Shown piece by piece: positions 59,301 to 64,000 of a stretch of 64,000 nucleotides of DNA. Source of the DNA: Eledone cirrhosa (taxonomy: Eukaryota). The stretch's first letter is position 1. Every line of letters begins with the position of its first letter. Made by a program: the position numbers and the translations under genes. Below the pieces are notes generated by a model. That model searched no databases and was not told the DNA's origin. It saw nothing but the letters and a program-made list of their open reading frames with translations. The DNA lies in the NCBI GenBank assembly GCA_964016885.1, contig OZ024743.1:42594001-42658000 (forward strand), given 5' to 3'.

Positions 59301-62300
59301 CTACCTAGGTTTCGTCCGCATTTTAAGATATCCGATAACATTGGAGATTTAGAGTTTCGGACTCTTCAGGAGTTCGCTCAAATTTAGACAATTAATTTTC
59401 CAAAGTGATCGCGCCAAGAATACATTCAAAGACGGCTAAGAATTATGAAGTGGCAGCGGTCAAGTTAGAAAGGATGTGATTAGTTGCTTACTGCTTGTAG
59501 GCTTTTGCTAGAAAACGCAGCCCAATACAACCAAAGTTGTATCTCAACCTAATGGGAGATTATTATATATAAAGGTTTACATATATATATAAAGTCATAG
59601 ATATATGTGTTTTGCAACGCGTCACTTTGTTGCTCAATGAAGAATTAATAAATTAAATATTCAGAGCTAAATATCATAAATCATGCCTATAGAATCACCA
59701 AATAAAATATAAACCGTTTATTCTCCCAATTAGCATAATTAACCATATAAAAAATCAATTAGACCAAGCTATAAGAATAAAGGGTCTTATGAAGAAATCT
59801 CCGACAAATAACCCAAAGCAGCCCTTCGCAGCGGTTGCGACGGGGTATTTATCGACTAGTTCGACACCGTGTATAAATCGTCCAGATATACAGTCAACTA
59901 AACAGAATTATGTGTAAAATAAACTAGAAGAAAAGTGAACATATTTATTTAACCTCTACCATGGTTTCTTCCGCATTTTAAGATATCCAATAACATTGGA
60001 AATCTAGAGTTTCGGACTCTTCAGGAGTTAGTTCAAATTTAGACAATTAATTTTCCAAAGTAATCGGGCCAAGAATACATTCAAACATGGCTAAGACTCG
60101 TGAGGTGGCTGCGGTCAAGTTAGAAAGGATGTGATTAGTTGCTTACTGCTTGTAGGCATTTTGCTAGAAAGCGCAGCATAATAAAGCCATAATTGTATCT
60201 CAACCTACCGGGAGATTATTACATATAAAGGTTTAAATAAATATATAAAGTCATAGATATATATGTGTTTTGCAAGGGTTCACTTTGAGGATCAATGAAG
60301 AACTAAGAAATTAAATAATCAGAGCTATATATCATAAAACATGCTGATAGAATCACCAGATAAAATATAAACCGTTTCCTCTCCCAATTAGCATAATTAA
60401 CCATATAAAAAAATCAATTAGACCATGCTATAAGAAGAAAGGCTCTTATGAAGAAATCACCGACAAAAAACCGGACGCAGCCCTTCGCAGCAGTTGCGAC
60501 AGGGTATTTATCGAGTATTTCGACAGCGTGTATAAATCAACCAGATATACAGTCAACAGAATTAGGTGTAAAATAAAATAGAAGAAAAGTAAACATATTT
60601 AGTGACCTCTACCATGGTTTCCTCGGCATTTTAAGATTTTAATATAACATTGGAAATCTAGAGTTTCGGACTCTTCAGGAGTTAGCATCAATTTAGACAA
60701 TTAATTTTCCAAAGTGATCGCGCCAAGAATACATTCAAAAATGGCTAAGAATCGTGACGTGGCAGCGGTCAAGTTGGAAAGGATGTGATTAGTTGCTTAC
60801 TCATTGTAGGCTTTTTGCTAGAAAACGCAGCCTAATACAGCCAAAATTGTATCTCAACCTAACGGGAGATTATTACATATAAAGTTTTACATATATATAT
60901 GTATAAAGTCATAGATATATATGTGTTTCGCAACGGGTCACTTTATGGCTCAATGAAGAATTAGAAAATTAAATAATCAGAGCTATATATCATAAAACAT
61001 GCCTATAGATTCACCAGATAAATATATACCGTTACCTCTCCCAATTAGCATAATTAACCATATAAAAAATCAAATAGACCAAGCTATCAGAATAAAGGAT
61101 CTTATGAAGAAATCTCCGACAAATAACCGAAAGCAGGCCTTCGCGGCCGTCGCGACGCGGTATTTATCGAGTATTTCGACAGCGTGTATAAATCGACCAG
61201 ATATACAGTCAACTAAACAGAATTAGGTGTAAAATGAAATAGAAGAAAAGTGAACATATTTACTTACCTCTACCACGGATTCGTCCGCATTTTAAGATAT
61301 GCGATAACATTGGAAATCTAGAGTTTCGGTCTCTTCAGGATTTAGCTCAAATTTAGACAATTAATTTTCAAAAGTGATCGCGCCAAGAATACATTCAAAA
61401 ATGGCTAAGAATTGTGACGTGGTAGCGGTCAAGTTGGAAAGGATGTGATTAGTTGCTTACTGCTTGTAGGTTTTTTGCTAGAAAACGCAGCCCAATATAG
61501 CAAAAATTGTATCTCAACCTAACACGAGATTATTACATATAAAGGCTTACATATATATATATATAAAGTCATAGATATATATGTGTCTTGCAACAGGTCA
61601 CTTTGTGGCTCTATGAAGAATTAATAAATTAAATAATCAAAACTATATATCATAAAACATGCCTATAGAATCACCAGATACAATATATACCGCTTCCTCT
61701 CCCAATTAGCATAATTAACCATATAAAAATCAATTAGACCATGTTATAAGAATAAAGGCTCTTATGAAGAAATCTCCGACAAATAACCGAAAGCAGCCCT
61801 TCGCAGCGGTTGCGACGGGATATTTATCGATTATCTCGACACCGTGTATAAATCGACCAGATATACAGTCAACTAAAAAGAATTAGGTGTAAAATAAACT
61901 AGAAGAAAAGTGAACATATTTAGTTACCTCTACCATGGTTTCGTCCGCATTTTAAGATATCCGATAACATTGGAAATCTAGAGTTTCGGACTCTTCAGGT
62001 GTTAGCTCAAATTTAGACAGTTAATTTTCCAAAGTGATCGCGCCAAGAATACATTCAAAAAGGTCTAAGATTTGTGACGTGGCAGCGGTCAAGTTAGAAA
62101 GGATGTGATTAGTTGCTTACTGCTTGTGGGCTTTTTGCTAGAAAGCGCAGGCCATTACAGCCAAAATAATATCTCAAACTATCGGAAAATTATTACATAT
62201 AAAGGTTTACATATATATATATATATAAATTCATAGATATATATGTGTTTTACAACGGGTCACTTTGTGGCTCAAAGAAGAATCAATAATTTAAATACCA

Positions 62301-64000
62301 GAGCTATATATCATAAAACATGCCTATAGATTCACCAGATAAAATATATTCTGTTTCCTGTCCCAATTAGCATAATTAACCATTTACAAAATCAATTAGA
62401 CCATGCTATAAGAATAAAGGCTCTTATGAAGAAATCTCGACAAATAACCGAAAGCAGCCCTTCGCAGCGGTTGCGACGGGGTATTTATCGAGTATTTCGA
62501 CACCGTGTATAAATCGACCAGATATACAGTCAACTAAACAGAATTAGGTGTAAAATAAACTAGAAGAAAAGTGAACATATTTAGAAACCTCTACCATGGT
62601 TTCGTCCGCATTTTAAGATATCCAATATCATTGGAAATCTAGAGTTTCGGACGCTTCAGGAGTTAGCTCAAATTTAGACAATTAATTTTCCAAAGTGATC
62701 CCGCAATGAATACATTCAAAAATGGCTAAGTATTGTGACGTGGCAGCGGTCAAGTTAGAAAGGATGTGATTAGTTGCTTACTGCTGGTAGGCTTTTTGCT
62801 AGAAAGCGCAGCCCAATACAGCCAAAATTGTATCTCAACCTAACGGGAGATTATTACATATAAAGGTTTACATATATATATAAAGTCATAGATATATATG
62901 TGTTTTCCGACGGGTCACTTTGTGCCTCAATAAAGAATTAATAAATTAAATAATCAGAACTATATATCTTAAAACATGCCTATAGCATCACCAAATAAAA
63001 TCTATACCGTTTCCTCTCCCAATTAGCATAATTAACCTTATGAAAAATCAATTAGACCAAGCTATAAGAATAAAGGCTCTTATGAAGAAATCACCGCCAA
63101 ATAACCGGGCGCAGCCCTTAGCGACAGTTGCGACTAGGTATTTATCTATTATTTCGACAGCGTGTATAAATCGGCCAGATATAATGTCAACTAAACAGAA
63201 TTAGGTGTAAAATAAACTAGAAGAAAAGTGAACATATTTAGTGACCTCTACCATGGTTTCGGCCTCATTTTCAGATTTCCGATAACATTGGAAATTTAGA
63301 GTTTCGGACTCTTCAGTAGTTAGCTCAAATTTAGCCAATTAATTTTCGAAAGTGATCGCGCCAAGAATACATTCAAAAATGGCTAAGAATTGTGACGTGG
63401 CAGCGGTCAAGTTAGAAAGGATGTGATTAGTTGCTTACTGCTTGTAGGCCTTTTGCTAGAAAACGCAGCCCAATATAGCAAAAATTGTATCTCAACCTAA
63501 CGGGAGATTACATATCAATTAGACCATGCTAACATGAAACATGCCTATAGAATCACCAAATAAAATATATACCGTTTCCTCTCCCAATTAGCATAATTAA
63601 CCTTATGAAAAATCAATTTTACCAAGCTATAAGAATAAAGGCTCTTATGAAGAAATCTCCGACAAATAACCGAAAGCAGCCCTTCGCGGCGGTTGCGATG
63701 GGGTATATATCGAGTATTTCGACAGCGTGTATAAATCGACCAGATATACAGTCAACTAAACAGAATTAGGTGTGAAATAAACTAGAAGAAAAGTGAACAT
63801 ATTTAGTTACCTCTACCATGGTTTAGTCCGCATTTTAAGATATCCGATAACATTGGAAATCTAGAGTTTCGGACTCTTCAGGAGGTAGCTCAAATTTAGA
63901 CAATTAGTTTTCCAAAGTGATCGCGCCAAGAATACATAAAAAAATGGCTAAGAATCGTGACGTGGCAGCGGTCAAGTGAGAAAGGATGTGATTAGTTGCT
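50324..64000. repeat. Satellite array, ~657-bp monomer, 21 copies, running off the window end
   Basis: ttgtatctcaa landmark at 50341, 51001, 51666, 52323, 52980, 53635, 54290, 54946, 55601, 56257, 56915, 57571, 58226, 58882, 59537, 60193, 60847, 61507, 62167 (variant), 62828 and 63485. Confidence 0.97.
54050..54129 (-). ncRNA. Type I hammerhead in satellite monomer (best copy; homologous site in every monomer)
   Basis: Minus strand: tacctc-CTGAAGA-gtccg-[aaactct agatttccaat gtt attggatatct taaaatg]-cggac-GAAA-ccatgg-TA-gaggta. Confidence 0.85.

Noticed and set aside
50324-64000. CRISPR array or rDNA/5S/histone-type gene array
   Set aside because: Whole monomers repeat with no unique spacers, and there is no rRNA, tRNA or conserved ORF signature. 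The 75-aa ORF at 60999 occurs in one monomer only.

Overview
AT-rich, microsatellite-dense eukaryotic DNA, most likely cephalopod (Octopus-like). That assignment is an inference from the SINE types and the (TA)n/(CA)n load. No host protein-coding gene can be supported. The window is almost entirely retroelement-derived. It holds three degenerate Penelope-like elements (RT + GIY-YIG) of different types with their pseudo-LTRs, an internally deleted RTE LINE with a 12-bp TSD, CR1-like and Ingi/Vingi-like LINE tails, tRNA-derived SINEs and non-autonomous Helitron-like copies. The main signal is RNA structure. Read by eye, type I hammerhead ribozymes (HHR) occur in many unrelated repeat families. 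These include tandem/inverted retrozyme-like arrays (466-bp and ~472-bp units) and U3-A8 core variants. A ~657-bp satellite (50.3-64 kb, 21 monomers, with a 6-mer higher-order duplication) carries a minus-strand hammerhead locus with an enlarged stem II in every monomer. All folds were assigned by manual base-pairing; none was computed or tested.
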